From: Aquimonas sp.
GTDB taxonomy: Bacteria > Pseudomonadota > Gammaproteobacteria > Xanthomonadales > Xanthomonadaceae
DNA length: 64,000 nt
Direction of reading: 5' to 3'
NCBI GenBank assembly: GCA_044344935.1
Contig: JBIJCA010000001.1
Coordinates: 17,410 to 81,409 of the forward strand
The notes below the pieces were generated by a model. It was not told where the DNA came from, did no database searches, and saw nothing but the letters and a program-made list of their open reading frames with translations. Positions 1 to 9,887 of this stretch are shown here, one piece after another (within the stretch, counting starts at the first letter, position 1; every line of letters begins with the position of its first letter). A program made the translations under genes and the position numbers.

Positions 1-209
1 GCCTGCTTGGCCATCGCCTGCACCCCGATTTCCGTGCGCAGCTCCGCACCGCGGTGCTCCGCTGCGCGCCCCGATTCAACGTCGACGACGCGCTGCCCGA
101 GAGCCTCAGGCGCTGGCCGGAGGAGATCGACCTCGCCTCTCCGTTTGCGCTGCCGGCTGTGCGCGGCGTGGCTGCCGACCTGGCATCGCGATTGGGATCG
201 GGCGCATGA
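1..209 (+). CDS. 3' end of an upstream gene (partial), probably the first of a pair of alpha/beta hydrolases
   Basis: Frame 3 is open from the window edge (LLGHRLHPDFRAQL...LGSGA) to TGA 207-209, which overlaps the next ATG (ATGA). The function is a guess from context. Confidence 0.5.
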   Translation, partial: LLGHRLHPDFRAQLRTAVLRCAPRFNVDDALPESLRRWPEEIDLASPFALPAVRGVAADLASRLGSGA

Positions 210-1003
210 ACGAGTCGATCGTCGATCTCGGACACGGCCGTTTCGGTGTGCTGCATGGCTCGCAGGATCCGGCTGCGGTGATGTTGGTCCTGCTGAGCGC
301 GGGCGCGGTGCACCGCCAAGGGCCCTTCCGGCTGTACGTTCAGCTTGCCCGACGGATGGCTGCGATCGGTTTCAGGAGCTTTCGCTTCGATCAGCCCGGC
401 ATCGGCGATTCCCTGCAGGCGGCGGAGCGCCCGCAGCGCGAGATCGTCGGCGAGGTGCTCGATCGGCTGCAGGCGCAAACCGGCTGCGCGCGATTCATCG
501 TCGGCGGCATCTGCAGCGCCGCCGACGCCGCCTGGCAACTCGCGCTCACGGATCCGCGGGTGTGCGGACTGCTGCTGCTGGATCCGGTTGCGTACAGCCC
601 GCGCTGGTTCCGCTTCGGGAGGCTGCTGCGACTGCGATCACCCGCATCGATACTGGCAGCGCTGAAGCGGCGTCTGGCTGGTTTTGCGACCCGGGCGCCG
701 CGCGGGCAGCTGGCGGTGGAATCGGACTACAGGGATTGGCCGAAGCCTTCGGAAGCGGGCCCCCAGCTCACAATACTGTGCGCTCGCGGGGTCGAGGTCT
801 TTGCGCTCTACACCGGCGGTGTCGCGAATTATTTCCTGCATCCGCGGCAGTTTGCGGACACGTTTGGCAACGCCGCAGCGGATCCCCACGTGCAGTTCCA
901 GTATTGGCCCGACGTCGACCATCTCTTCTACCGACCTGCCGACCGCGCACGTCTGATCGATCAGCTCTGCACCTGGACGCAGAGCCGGTTCGCTCGGCCT
1001 TGA
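206..1003 (+). CDS. alpha/beta-fold hydrolase (exosortase-associated hydrolase 1-like)
   Basis: HRQGPFRLYVQLARR and FRFDQPGIGDS segments, elbow-like GGICSAA, and C-terminal DVDHLF. Confidence 0.75.
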   Translation: MNESIVDLGHGRFGVLHGSQDPAAVMLVLLSAGAVHRQGPFRLYVQLARRMAAIGFRSFRFDQPGIGDSLQAAERPQREIVGEVLDRLQAQTGCARFIVGGICSAADAAWQLALTDPRVCGLLLLDPVAYSPRWFRFGRLLRLRSPASILAALKRRLAGFATRAPRGQLAVESDYRDWPKPSEAGPQLTILCARGVEVFALYTGGVANYFLHPRQFADTFGNAAADPHVQFQYWPDVDHLFYRPADRARLIDQLCTWTQSRFARP

Positions 1004-1028
1004 ACGCTCGAACCACGCGAGGATTCCC

Positions 1029-2042
1029 ATGCAGCGCAGCCCTATCCTGGTGACCGGCGGCGCCGGCTACATCGGCAGCCATGTCGTGCTGCAGCTTGTC
1101 GAGTCGGGCGAGGACGTCGTGGTGCTGGACAACCTGAGTACCGGGTTCCGCGAGGCCGTGCTCGGCGCCGAACTGGTGGTGGGTGAGGTTGGCGATCGCG
1201 AGGCCGTAGAGGCCCTTCTACGCTCGCGTGGAATCCGCACGGTCATGCACTTCGCCGCACGCACCATCGTGCCAGAGTCGGTCGAAGACCCCCTGCGCTA
1301 CTACGGCAACAACACTTGCGCCACTCGCAATCTGCTGGAGGCATGCTCCCGCGCCGCGGTCGAGCACTTCGTGTTTTCCTCGACCGCCGCCGTCTATGGC
1401 ATTCCGACCGGCGGCCGCGCGCGTGAGGATGGGCCCACTACGCCGATCAATCCCTACGGCACCAGCAAGTTGATGAGCGAGTGGATGCTGCGCGATCTGT
1501 CCGCAGCAAGCGCGCTGAGTCACGTTGCTCTGCGCTACTTCAACGTGGCGGGCTGCGATCCGCTGGGCCGGATCGGCCAGTCCACGGCGCGCGCCACCCT
1601 GCTGGTCAAGGTCGCGGCTGAAGCCGCGGTCGGCGCTCGCGGGGCGGTGCAGGTGTTCGGCACCGACTATCCAACCTTGGATGGAACCGGCGTGCGCGAC
1701 TACATCCATGTCGTGGATCTTGCCTCCGCCCATCTGTCCGCGCTGCGTTACCTGCGCAACGGCGGCGCCTCGGTGACGCTCAATGCGGGCTACGGGCATG
1801 GCTACAGCGTCCGCCAGGTGGTCGCGGCGATGTCGCGCGCCGCGGCACGGACAGTGCCGAGCGTTGATCAAGCGCGGCGTGCCGGTGATCCACCGGAGCT
1901 GGTGGCGGATTGCGCGCGCATCGGCGCCATTCTTGACTGGACGCCGCGCCTCGACGACCTCGATCAGATCTGCATCAGCGCGCTGGCGTGGGAGCGGCAG
2001 CTTCTCGCCCGGCGCTCCGCGGCCACCAATGCGCCCGGCTGA
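1029..2042 (+). CDS. galE: UDP-glucose 4-epimerase
   Basis: ILVTGGAGYIGSH Rossmann motif, FSSTAAVYG, YGTSK (YxxxK), LRYFNVAG, GTGVRDYIHV. Confidence 0.95.
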   Translation: MQRSPILVTGGAGYIGSHVVLQLVESGEDVVVLDNLSTGFREAVLGAELVVGEVGDREAVEALLRSRGIRTVMHFAARTIVPESVEDPLRYYGNNTCATRNLLEACSRAAVEHFVFSSTAAVYGIPTGGRAREDGPTTPINPYGTSKLMSEWMLRDLSAASALSHVALRYFNVAGCDPLGRIGQSTARATLLVKVAAEAAVGARGAVQVFGTDYPTLDGTGVRDYIHVVDLASAHLSALRYLRNGGASVTLNAGYGHGYSVRQVVAAMSRAAARTVPSVDQARRAGDPPELVADCARIGAILDWTPRLDDLDQICISALAWERQLLARRSAATNAPG

Positions 2043-2415
2043 TCGATCGGCTTGGTTCGGCTTCCTCCTGCTGAGCGCGGCTGGCCTGTTCGGCTTGCTG
2101 CTGCCGCTGGCGGATTCGGGCAGCGGGACGCGCGTGCTGCTCAACCTCGCGCACGTTCCACTGTTCGCATTCTGGACGGCGTTGCTGTTCCGGCTCGCTC
2201 TGCAGCGTGCGCCTGCGCGCGGCGCACTGCGGCTGACACTGCTGCTGGCAAGTGCAGTGGCGATGGGCAGCGAAGCCATGCAATCGGTGCTGCCGAGTCG
2301 TCAGTCGGACCTGCGTGACGTGTTCAGCAATCTGGCGGGCGTCGGACTCGGTGTGGCGTTTTCGCGATGGCGTTGGCGTCAGCGGTTCCGCGAGGCCAGA
2401 GCTGCTTCACAATAG
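2029..2415 (+). CDS. VanZ-family membrane protein
   Basis: Hydrophobic helices with AHVPLFA, SEAMQSVLPSR and DLRDVFSNLAG motifs. Start placed at ATG 2029. Confidence 0.7.
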   Translation: MRPADRSAWFGFLLLSAAGLFGLLLPLADSGSGTRVLLNLAHVPLFAFWTALLFRLALQRAPARGALRLTLLLASAVAMGSEAMQSVLPSRQSDLRDVFSNLAGVGLGVAFSRWRWRQRFREARAASQ

Positions 2416-2474
2416 CGGCCCGCCTTGTATCCACAAACCCACCGGGCGTCGCGCGCCCACTGCGGAGTCAAACC

Positions 2475-4310
2475 ATGTGTGGAATCGTTGGAGCCGTCGC
2501 CGAGCGTGACGTGACCGCCATCCTGATCGCGGGCCTGCATGCCCTCGAGTATCGCGGCTATGACTCCGCCGGGCTGGCGGTGTTGCAGGAAGGACAGCTG
2601 CAGCGGCGGCGTGCCAAGGGCAAGGTTCGGGATCTGGAGGCCCTGCTGACACGGGAGCCGGTGCTGGCCAAGATCGGTATTGCGCACACTCGCTGGGCCA
2701 CGCACGGCGTTCCCAGCACGCATAACGCTCATCCGCATGTCTCGCAGAATCGGGTCTCCGTTGTCCACAACGGCATCATCGAGAACCACGCCGAGTTGCG
2801 TGAGGAGCTGTCCTCCCAAGGTTACGAATTCACTTCTGAGACCGACACCGAGGTCATCGCCCATCTGGTCGAGTCGCTGCTCAAGCGTGGACTGGACCTG
2901 CGCGCGGCCGTGGTATCGGCTACCCAGCGCCTGCACGGCGCCTATGCGATCGCGGTGTTGTCCAGCGATGAACCGGGTCGGCTGATCGGCGCCCGGCGCG
3001 GCAGCCCGCTGGTGGTAGGCATAGGCATCGGCGAGCACTTCCTGGGCTCGGACGTGCAGGCGCTGCTTCGCGTCACCAATCGCTTCATCTACCTGCAGGA
3101 AGGCGACATCGTCGAGATCCGCCGTGATGGTTACGACGTGTTTGACGATCAGGGCGCGACCGCCGAGCGCGAGGAGCGGGTGACCGATCTGTCGGCCGAC
3201 GCCGTCGAGCGCGGCGAGTACCGTCACTACATGCTGAAGGAGATCCACGAGCAGCCGGACGCGGTGGCGCGCACGCTCGAAGGCCGGATCAGCGGCGACC
3301 GAATCCTGCCGAACGTATTCGGCGTGGATGCGGAGCGGCTGTTGGCGAACGTGAAGCAGCTGCACATCATCGCCTGCGGAACGAGTTATCACGCCGGCAT
3401 GGTGGCGAAGTACTGGATCGAAGCGCTGGCCGGTCTGCCTTGCGCGGTGGAGGTCGCCAGCGAGTATCGCTATCGAACCACGGTGGTGCCCGAGGGCACT
3501 CTGTTCGTTGCGATCTCGCAGTCAGGCGAAACGGCGGATACGCTTGCCGCGCTGCGGTCCGGCAAGGAGACTTCTCGCTATCTGGGCGCATTGGCGGTGT
3601 GCAACGTGCCGGAGTCTTCGCTGGTGCGCGAGTCCGATCTCGTGCTGATGACGCGTGCGGGGCCAGAGATCGGCGTGGCATCGACGAAGGCGTTCACTAC
3701 CCAGCTTGCCGCACTGGCATTGCTGACGCTCGAGTTGGGGCGCTTGAACGGCATGGCGGATGCCAAGTACACCGGCCTGGTGGCTCAGCTGGCGACGCTG
3801 CCACGCTTGGTGAGTGAAGCGCTCAAGCTGGAGCCGAAGGTGCACGCGCTGGCGGAGCGATTCGTTGACAAGCAGCATGCGCTGTTTCTGGGCCGTGGCG
3901 CGATCTACCCGATCGCCATCGAGGGAGCACTGAAGCTCAAGGAGATCTCCTACATCCACGCCGAGGCCTATCCTGCCGGTGAGCTCAAGCATGGCCCGCT
4001 GGCGCTTGTGGATGAGCACATGCCGGTGATCGCGGTGGCTCCGAACAATCAGCTGTTGGAGAAGCTCAAGTCGAACCTGGAGGAAGTGCGCGCGCGTGGC
4101 GGCGAACTGTTCGTCATTGCCGACAACGATGTCGAGGTGCCCCTGGCCCCGGAGCGCGGTGCGCTGCTCAGGCTTGAATCCGGGGGCAATCTCGTGGGCC
4201 CTGCGGTGTTCAACATTCCGCTTCAGCTGCTGGCCTATCACGTGGCGGTGCTGAAGGGCACGGATGTCGATCAGCCGCGCAATCTGGCGAAGTCGGTGAC
4301 GGTCGAGTAG
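2475..4310 (+). CDS. glmS: glutamine-fructose-6-phosphate transaminase (isomerizing)
   Basis: Starts MCGIVG (catalytic Cys); LEYRGYDSAG, HTRWATHG, SQSGET, and C-terminal DQPRNLAKSVTVE. Confidence 0.98.
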   Translation: MCGIVGAVAERDVTAILIAGLHALEYRGYDSAGLAVLQEGQLQRRRAKGKVRDLEALLTREPVLAKIGIAHTRWATHGVPSTHNAHPHVSQNRVSVVHNGIIENHAELREELSSQGYEFTSETDTEVIAHLVESLLKRGLDLRAAVVSATQRLHGAYAIAVLSSDEPGRLIGARRGSPLVVGIGIGEHFLGSDVQALLRVTNRFIYLQEGDIVEIRRDGYDVFDDQGATAEREERVTDLSADAVERGEYRHYMLKEIHEQPDAVARTLEGRISGDRILPNVFGVDAERLLANVKQLHIIACGTSYHAGMVAKYWIEALAGLPCAVEVASEYRYRTTVVPEGTLFVAISQSGETADTLAALRSGKETSRYLGALAVCNVPESSLVRESDLVLMTRAGPEIGVASTKAFTTQLAALALLTLELGRLNGMADAKYTGLVAQLATLPRLVSEALKLEPKVHALAERFVDKQHALFLGRGAIYPIAIEGALKLKEISYIHAEAYPAGELKHGPLALVDEHMPVIAVAPNNQLLEKLKSNLEEVRARGGELFVIADNDVEVPLAPERGALLRLESGGNLVGPAVFNIPLQLLAYHVAVLKGTDVDQPRNLAKSVTVE

Positions 4311-4314
4311 GGCG

Positions 4315-5076
4315 ATGACAACGGTGCTGAGCGTCAATCTCAACAAGATTGCTGTCCTGCGTAACTCGCGCGGTGGCAGCGAGCCTTCGCTGCTGCATGC
4401 AGCGCAGGTGGCCGTCGATGCCGGCTGCGGCGGCATCACCCTGCATCCGCGTCCGGATTGTCGACATGTGCGCCCCCAGGATGTGCATGACATCGCCACT
4501 TGGCGACCTTCCCACGTGGAGCTGAACCTGGAGGGCAACCCCTTCGCAGGCGCGCGAGAGGGGTATCCCGGGTTCCTCGAGCTGGTCGAGGCTGCGCGCC
4601 CGCAGCAGGTGACCCTGGTGCCCGATGGCGATGGGCAGGTCACCTCCGACCACGGCTTCGACCTCGTGCGCGACGCCCTCACCCTGTCAGACGTTGTTGA
4701 TCGAATCAGGCGCTGTGGCGCTCGCGTCAGCGTGTTTGTTGATCCCGGTAGCAGAGGAGCAGCGAGCGCCGCCGGGTGGGGAATCGAGCGCGTGGAGATT
4801 TACACAGGCCCCTACGCGCAGGCCTTCGCTGCGGGCCAGTGGGGCGATGCGCTTGAGCAGTGCATCGCGACGGCGGAGGACGCCCTGGCAGCAGGGCTCG
4901 GGGTGAATGCAGGGCACGACCTCAACCAGCTCAATCTCGGGCTGTTCGCCGCTCGTGTGCCCAGGCTCGCGGAGGTGTCGATTGGCCACGCGCTCATCTG
5001 CGAGTCACTGTACGCAGGCCTTGACGCCACGGTCCGCAGCTATCTCCGCATCCTGTCGGCGGCACTCAAGCACTGA
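4315..5076 (+). CDS. pdxJ: pyridoxine 5'-phosphate synthase
   Basis: LSVNLNKIAVLRNSR, GITLHPRPD, NAGHDLN, EVSIGHALI. Confidence 0.95.
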   Translation: MTTVLSVNLNKIAVLRNSRGGSEPSLLHAAQVAVDAGCGGITLHPRPDCRHVRPQDVHDIATWRPSHVELNLEGNPFAGAREGYPGFLELVEAARPQQVTLVPDGDGQVTSDHGFDLVRDALTLSDVVDRIRRCGARVSVFVDPGSRGAASAAGWGIERVEIYTGPYAQAFAAGQWGDALEQCIATAEDALAAGLGVNAGHDLNQLNLGLFAARVPRLAEVSIGHALICESLYAGLDATVRSYLRILSAALKH

Positions 5077-5181
5077 CCTCGTCCCTACGGCGAAAGGTGG
5101 GTCTTTGGGTGGCTTTGATCGGATGGTCGTTCCGCAAGCTCGCCAGGCGTGCGTCGAGCTGGCGGTTTCGGGAAGCGCTTG

Positions 5182-5206
5182 GATCCCGAATCCGCTTTTC
5201 GGGATC
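5182..5206. terminator. hairpin between convergent pdxJ and the third exbD
   Basis: GATCCCGAA (5182-5190) pairs with TTCGGGATC (5198-5206). No clear U-tract. Confidence 0.4.
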
Positions 5207-5280
5207 GCGCGTGGAGTTTTAGCTTGCTGGGGGCGGCTCAGAACGCCGTCAGTGCAGCGAGGGGGACGGCGTGGCCCACT

Positions 5281-5685
5281 TCAGGGTGTCTGCAACTCCA
5301 AGCGGTTGAGTCCGTGGTTGCGGGCCAGTGCGAGCACTTCGGTCATGCGAGCGTAGGCTGCGTCTTGCGACACCTCGACCTGCAGGATCGGGGCGTCAGC
5401 GCGGGAGCCTTCCATTCGCAGGACTCGGTCCAAAGCCGCCATGCCCAGCGCTTGCCCTTCGAACAGCACTTCGCCTCCGGCGTCGATGCTTAGCCGAATG
5501 ACGGTTGGTTCGATCGGTGTGATCTGCGGCGGACCCGGCTGCAGGGGCAGGTCGATTTGCCGAACCATGATTGGCGCGGCGACCAGAAAGATGATGAGAA
5601 GTACGAGCATCACATCGACTAGCGGTGTGATGTTGATCTCTGATTTGTCCGCGTGTTCCGCCGAACCTGCATTCATGAAGGCCAT
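5281..5685 (-). CDS. exbD: ExbD/TolR-family biopolymer transporter, third paralog
   Basis: EINITPLVDVMLVLLIIF with the conserved TM Asp. Start placed at MAFMN, matching the MAF starts of the other two. Confidence 0.9.
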   Translation of the reverse strand: MAFMNAGSAEHADKSEINITPLVDVMLVLLIIFLVAAPIMVRQIDLPLQPGPPQITPIEPTVIRLSIDAGGEVLFEGQALGMAALDRVLRMEGSRADAPILQVEVSQDAAYARMTEVLALARNHGLNRLELQTP

Positions 5686-5836
5686 GATCGAACTCCCGAT
5701 CGGGCGTTCCTTCGCTTGCGGGCCGGATTTCCTCTCCGGCGACGGCGGCCGCCGCTGGTTCGAGAGTGCGCGCTGGGGCGGACTCTTGGCAACCCCGCGT
5801 TGATGACATGTCGTGCTGGACGTATGCGCTTCCGCC

Positions 5837-5866
5837 AAAACAAGAGGCCGCCTTGTGGGCGGCCTC
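5837..5866 (-). terminator. intrinsic terminator after exbD2
   Basis: Minus strand reads GAGGCCGCC-CACAA-GGCGGCCTC-TTGTTTT. Confidence 0.8.
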
Positions 5867-5898
5867 TAGCGAAACTTCGATGCTGCTGTGCTGTTGGT

Positions 5899-6309
5899 TC
5901 AGAGCGTTTCGACGAAGCCGATCTTCTTCATGTCCGCGTTCTTTGCGGTGGACAGCACATCGGTCAGAACGTGGTACTGGACTTCCTGGTTCGCTTCGAT
6001 CTCCAGCAGCGGCTGGGGGTCGCGACTGGCTTCCACCTTCAGCGACGGCAACAGCGCCGCCTTGGGCATGGGCGAGTTGTCCCAGAAAAGGCCGCCATCG
6101 GCGTCGATCCGCAAACGGATCGGCAGGGGCGGATCCACCACGTTTTCCGGCGGCTTCTGGCTCTGCTGCGGCAGATCGATTTCAATCTCCCGGGTCAGCA
6201 TGGGCGCTGTGACCAGGAAGATGATCAGCAGGACCAGCATCACGTCGACCAACGGCGTGACGTTGATGTCCGCCATGTCGCCGCCATCACCCCCAGTTGT
6301 AAATGCCAT
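5899..6309 (-). CDS. exbD: ExbD
   Basis: DINVTPLVDVMLVLLIIF, C-terminal KIGF. Confidence 0.93.
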   Translation of the reverse strand: MAFTTGGDGGDMADINVTPLVDVMLVLLIIFLVTAPMLTREIEIDLPQQSQKPPENVVDPPLPIRLRIDADGGLFWDNSPMPKAALLPSLKVEASRDPQPLLEIEANQEVQYHVLTDVLSTAKNADMKKIGFVETL

Positions 6310-6321
6310 GCGTGCCTCCTC

Positions 6322-6744
6322 CTACCGTTCCGGGGTGATCACAAAGCCAACCTTGGCGACACCCACATCCTTGGCGATCTTGACCACGTCCGAGACCACC
6401 CGGTAACGCGTCGTGCGGTCGGCGCGGATCTCGACACGCGGCTGAGGCTTCTTCTGCGCTTCGACGGCCAGCTGCGCTTCCAGCAGGCTGCGCTGGATCG
6501 GCTGGTCGTTCCAGTACATCGCGCCGTTGTCGCGGATCGCAATGGTGATCGGCTGACCCGGCACGAGCGCAGCTTCAGGCACCTCGAGACGGTTTTCAGG
6601 CAGCTTCACCTGAATCTTGTGGGACATCAGGGGGGCCGTGATCATGAAGATGATCAGCAGCACCAACATCACGTCGACCAGCGGCGTGACGTTGATTTCC
6701 GCCATCGGCCCGGCTTGCTGATCGTTACCGCTGCTGAAGGCCAT
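6322..6744 (-). CDS. exbD: ExbD
   Basis: EINVTPLVDVMLVLLIIF, IRAD, KVGF. Confidence 0.93.
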   Translation of the reverse strand: MAFSSGNDQQAGPMAEINVTPLVDVMLVLLIIFMITAPLMSHKIQVKLPENRLEVPEAALVPGQPITIAIRDNGAMYWNDQPIQRSLLEAQLAVEAQKKPQPRVEIRADRTTRYRVVSDVVKIAKDVGVAKVGFVITPER

Positions 6745-6773
6745 TACTTAGAACTCCCGGTTCAACCGTCGGC

Positions 6774-7604
6774 TCAACGCTTGGACGAACCTTCGCCGAC
6801 GCGAGAGCCGGTGGCGAAGAAGTCGTGCAGGTCGTGGGCGAAGGCGTCAAACGCCGCGTTGGTGGTGCGGTTCGCACGGTTGAAGAAGTTGTAGGCCATC
6901 ACCGCCGGAATCGCGACGACCAGACCCAGCGCGGTCTTCAGCAGCGCCTCACCGACGGGACCCGCAACGGCGTCCAGCGAAGAGGAGCCGGAGGCGCCGA
7001 TCTTGATCAGGGCCTTGTAGATACCCCAGGTGGTACCGAGCAGACCGATGAAGGGTGCGGCGGAACCGGTGGTCGCGAGGATGGTCATGCCGTTTTCCAG
7101 CCGCGAGCTCTCGCGGGTGACAGCCTGACGCAGCGCGCGGTCGATGAACTCCGAGCGGCTCAGGGTTTCAGCAAGACGCGAACCTTCGTTCTTCTGGTGA
7201 TGTGCCGCTGCGATCGCACAGTCAAGCGCGATCTTCGAGAACGGCTCATTTGCAGGCTGCTCTTCCATGAAGCGGATCGCTTCCTGCGCGTTGCTGGTCT
7301 CCCAGAAGGTCCGGATGACGTGGTTGGCGCGCGCCCTGATGACCTGATTCTGGATGGTCTTGACGACGGTGTAGTACCAGCAGGCGATCGACATCACCAC
7401 CAGGGTGACGACCACCACCCAGGTGACGGCGAATTCACCGGGGTTCGCGACCATGTTGTTGAGCAGGCTGGAGATACCCATCTCTTTCAGCGCTGCTGCA
7501 TTGGTGTCTGCGACGACGCCACCGATGATCTGATCCATCGGCGCCGGCGTGGCAGCCTGGGTAGCAGCCGCGGCTGCCGGCGTGTTGGAGGCTTCTTGGA
7601 GCAT
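6774..7604 (-). CDS. exbB: ExbB (MotA/TolQ/ExbB proton channel)
   Basis: LATTGSAAPFIGLLGTTWGI and GEALLKTALGLVVAIPAV. Confidence 0.93.
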   Translation of the reverse strand: MLQEASNTPAAAAATQAATPAPMDQIIGGVVADTNAAALKEMGISSLLNNMVANPGEFAVTWVVVVTLVVMSIACWYYTVVKTIQNQVIRARANHVIRTFWETSNAQEAIRFMEEQPANEPFSKIALDCAIAAAHHQKNEGSRLAETLSRSEFIDRALRQAVTRESSRLENGMTILATTGSAAPFIGLLGTTWGIYKALIKIGASGSSSLDAVAGPVGEALLKTALGLVVAIPAVMAYNFFNRANRTTNAAFDAFAHDLHDFFATGSRVGEGSSKR

Positions 7605-7630
7605 TTGCTTACCCTTTTGCTAGTTAGGCG

Positions 7631-8290
<660 letters not shown>

Positions 8291-8422
8291 GCGCGATGTC
8301 GAGGTCTTGAGTCGATGCAACCACGCTGTCTGCCCGCTTGCCTAGACAAGCTGAACGACACGGGAACGGCATAGCTTATACCAAGTGATCTGTTCTGCCT
8401 AAGCCCACCCGGTGAACGAAGT

Positions 8423-9691
8423 TCAACGGTTGACCTGACGCAGGTAGGTCTCTGCCATGGTCTTGGTTTCCGGGTACTTCGCGGCTTCTCTGTATGCCGC
8501 CAGCGCGGCGGGCTGGTTGTTAAGTCCGAACTCCGCTGCTCCCAGGATCACATACGCATCTCCCGGTCGCTTCACACCCTTGGTGATCGCCTGGTTGGCC
8601 GCAGCCTTGGTTTCCGACCACCGTTCCAGTTCGGCGAGAGCCCGGGCCTGGTTCAGCGCCATTTCGCCGTCCGTTGCGAGTGCGTCCGCCCTACCAAAGG
8701 CATCCGCCGCTTTCTCGATGTTCTCTGAGAAATAGTAGGCCTCGCCGAGCCCGCGATAGATCTCCATGGACGGCTGCACCTTGCCCTCAGCCACTGCTTT
8801 GTCGAGCAGCTCCGCCGCTTTCAGATCCTGCTCCGCGTACCTGTACATCTTGGAGAGTTCTACGTAGTCGCGCTCCTCGACCAGAACACCGCTGGCGATA
8901 CCCGCTTCCATGGTCTGGATGGCGTTCGGAATCAGGTCTGCGTTGACATAGATCGCCGAGAGATTGCGAATCAGACTGACGTTAGTGGGGTCACGCTCAA
9001 GCAGCTGAGTCGCGATCTCCGCTGCCTCGGCTGGACGGCCCAGTTCGAAGAGGCTCGCCATCAGCATCTGGGAAACCGAGTTGTCGCTCTTTTCCTGGAG
9101 CGCGCTCGCCTTGCGCAGGTCGGCTACCGCTTCTTCGTATTTTTCCAACCGGTAGTAGCAGTTGCCCCTGAGCGCGAAGATCTGCGCGTTCTCCGATCGG
9201 GTCTCGTCGATCCAGCGTGTGAACGTGGCGGCGGCCTCGGCGTACAGCTCATCCTGGAACTGAAGCTGCCCAACGTTCTGCAGTATCTGGTAGTACTGGT
9301 TGTTCTTGATGCCGCCCGCGTCCAAAGCCGCCTGGAAATAGCCTATGGCAGCTGGATAGTTGTCCCGGCCGAGCTCTATCTGCGCAAGGATCTGGTTGAG
9401 GATCGAAACCTCGTAGATGCCGATTCCGCCGTTGGCCAGCAGCGCCTTGGCAGCTTCCTCTGTTTCGGCATCCTTGCCGTCCTCCTGCGAGAGATCAAAC
9501 ACGCGCTGGAGCTGCCGCTGGGTTCGCTGCGCGGGTTTGATCTTGGGCTCTTCGCGCGTGGCGTTCGGGAAAAGGACCTCTTCGGGCTCGGCCTGGCCAC
9601 GCCTCTGGGCCTGCGAGTCGAAGGAGACGCCGAGAGCGAGACCGAGCGCGAGGAAGAGGCTGGCCTTCATGATGACGGGAGAGCTGCGCAT
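8423..9691 (-). CDS. exported tetratricopeptide-repeat protein
   Basis: Signal peptide (MKASLFLALGLALGVSFDSQA) and repeated TPR-like helices (ALRGNCYYRLEKYEEA, GLGEAYYFSENIEKA). Start uncertain (9691 or 9670). Confidence 0.8.
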   Translation of the reverse strand: MRSSPVIMKASLFLALGLALGVSFDSQAQRRGQAEPEEVLFPNATREEPKIKPAQRTQRQLQRVFDLSQEDGKDAETEEAAKALLANGGIGIYEVSILNQILAQIELGRDNYPAAIGYFQAALDAGGIKNNQYYQILQNVGQLQFQDELYAEAAATFTRWIDETRSENAQIFALRGNCYYRLEKYEEAVADLRKASALQEKSDNSVSQMLMASLFELGRPAEAAEIATQLLERDPTNVSLIRNLSAIYVNADLIPNAIQTMEAGIASGVLVEERDYVELSKMYRYAEQDLKAAELLDKAVAEGKVQPSMEIYRGLGEAYYFSENIEKAADAFGRADALATDGEMALNQARALAELERWSETKAAANQAITKGVKRPGDAYVILGAAEFGLNNQPAALAAYREAAKYPETKTMAETYLRQVNR

Positions 9692-9887
9692 CAGTGTGTT
9701 CCTGGGAGAGTTCTCAGCGGTCGGTGCATCGCCGGTGGCCTGCAAGCCTAACCGCAGTTAGAGCAAGGACTCAAGGAGCGTCGCGCGAATTGCGCGTTGT
9801 GGAATCGATTCGTTCGTTAAGGCCTGCCGTCGTTTGAAAGGCAGCGAAACAGTACGGGCGACCCGGACGGGCAACGCTGGGCGCGGC

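Noticed and set aside
2428-2436. DnaA-box-like GTATCCACA upstream of glmS
   Set aside because: It is a single copy with one mismatch, 15 kb from the origin, which is compatible with chance.
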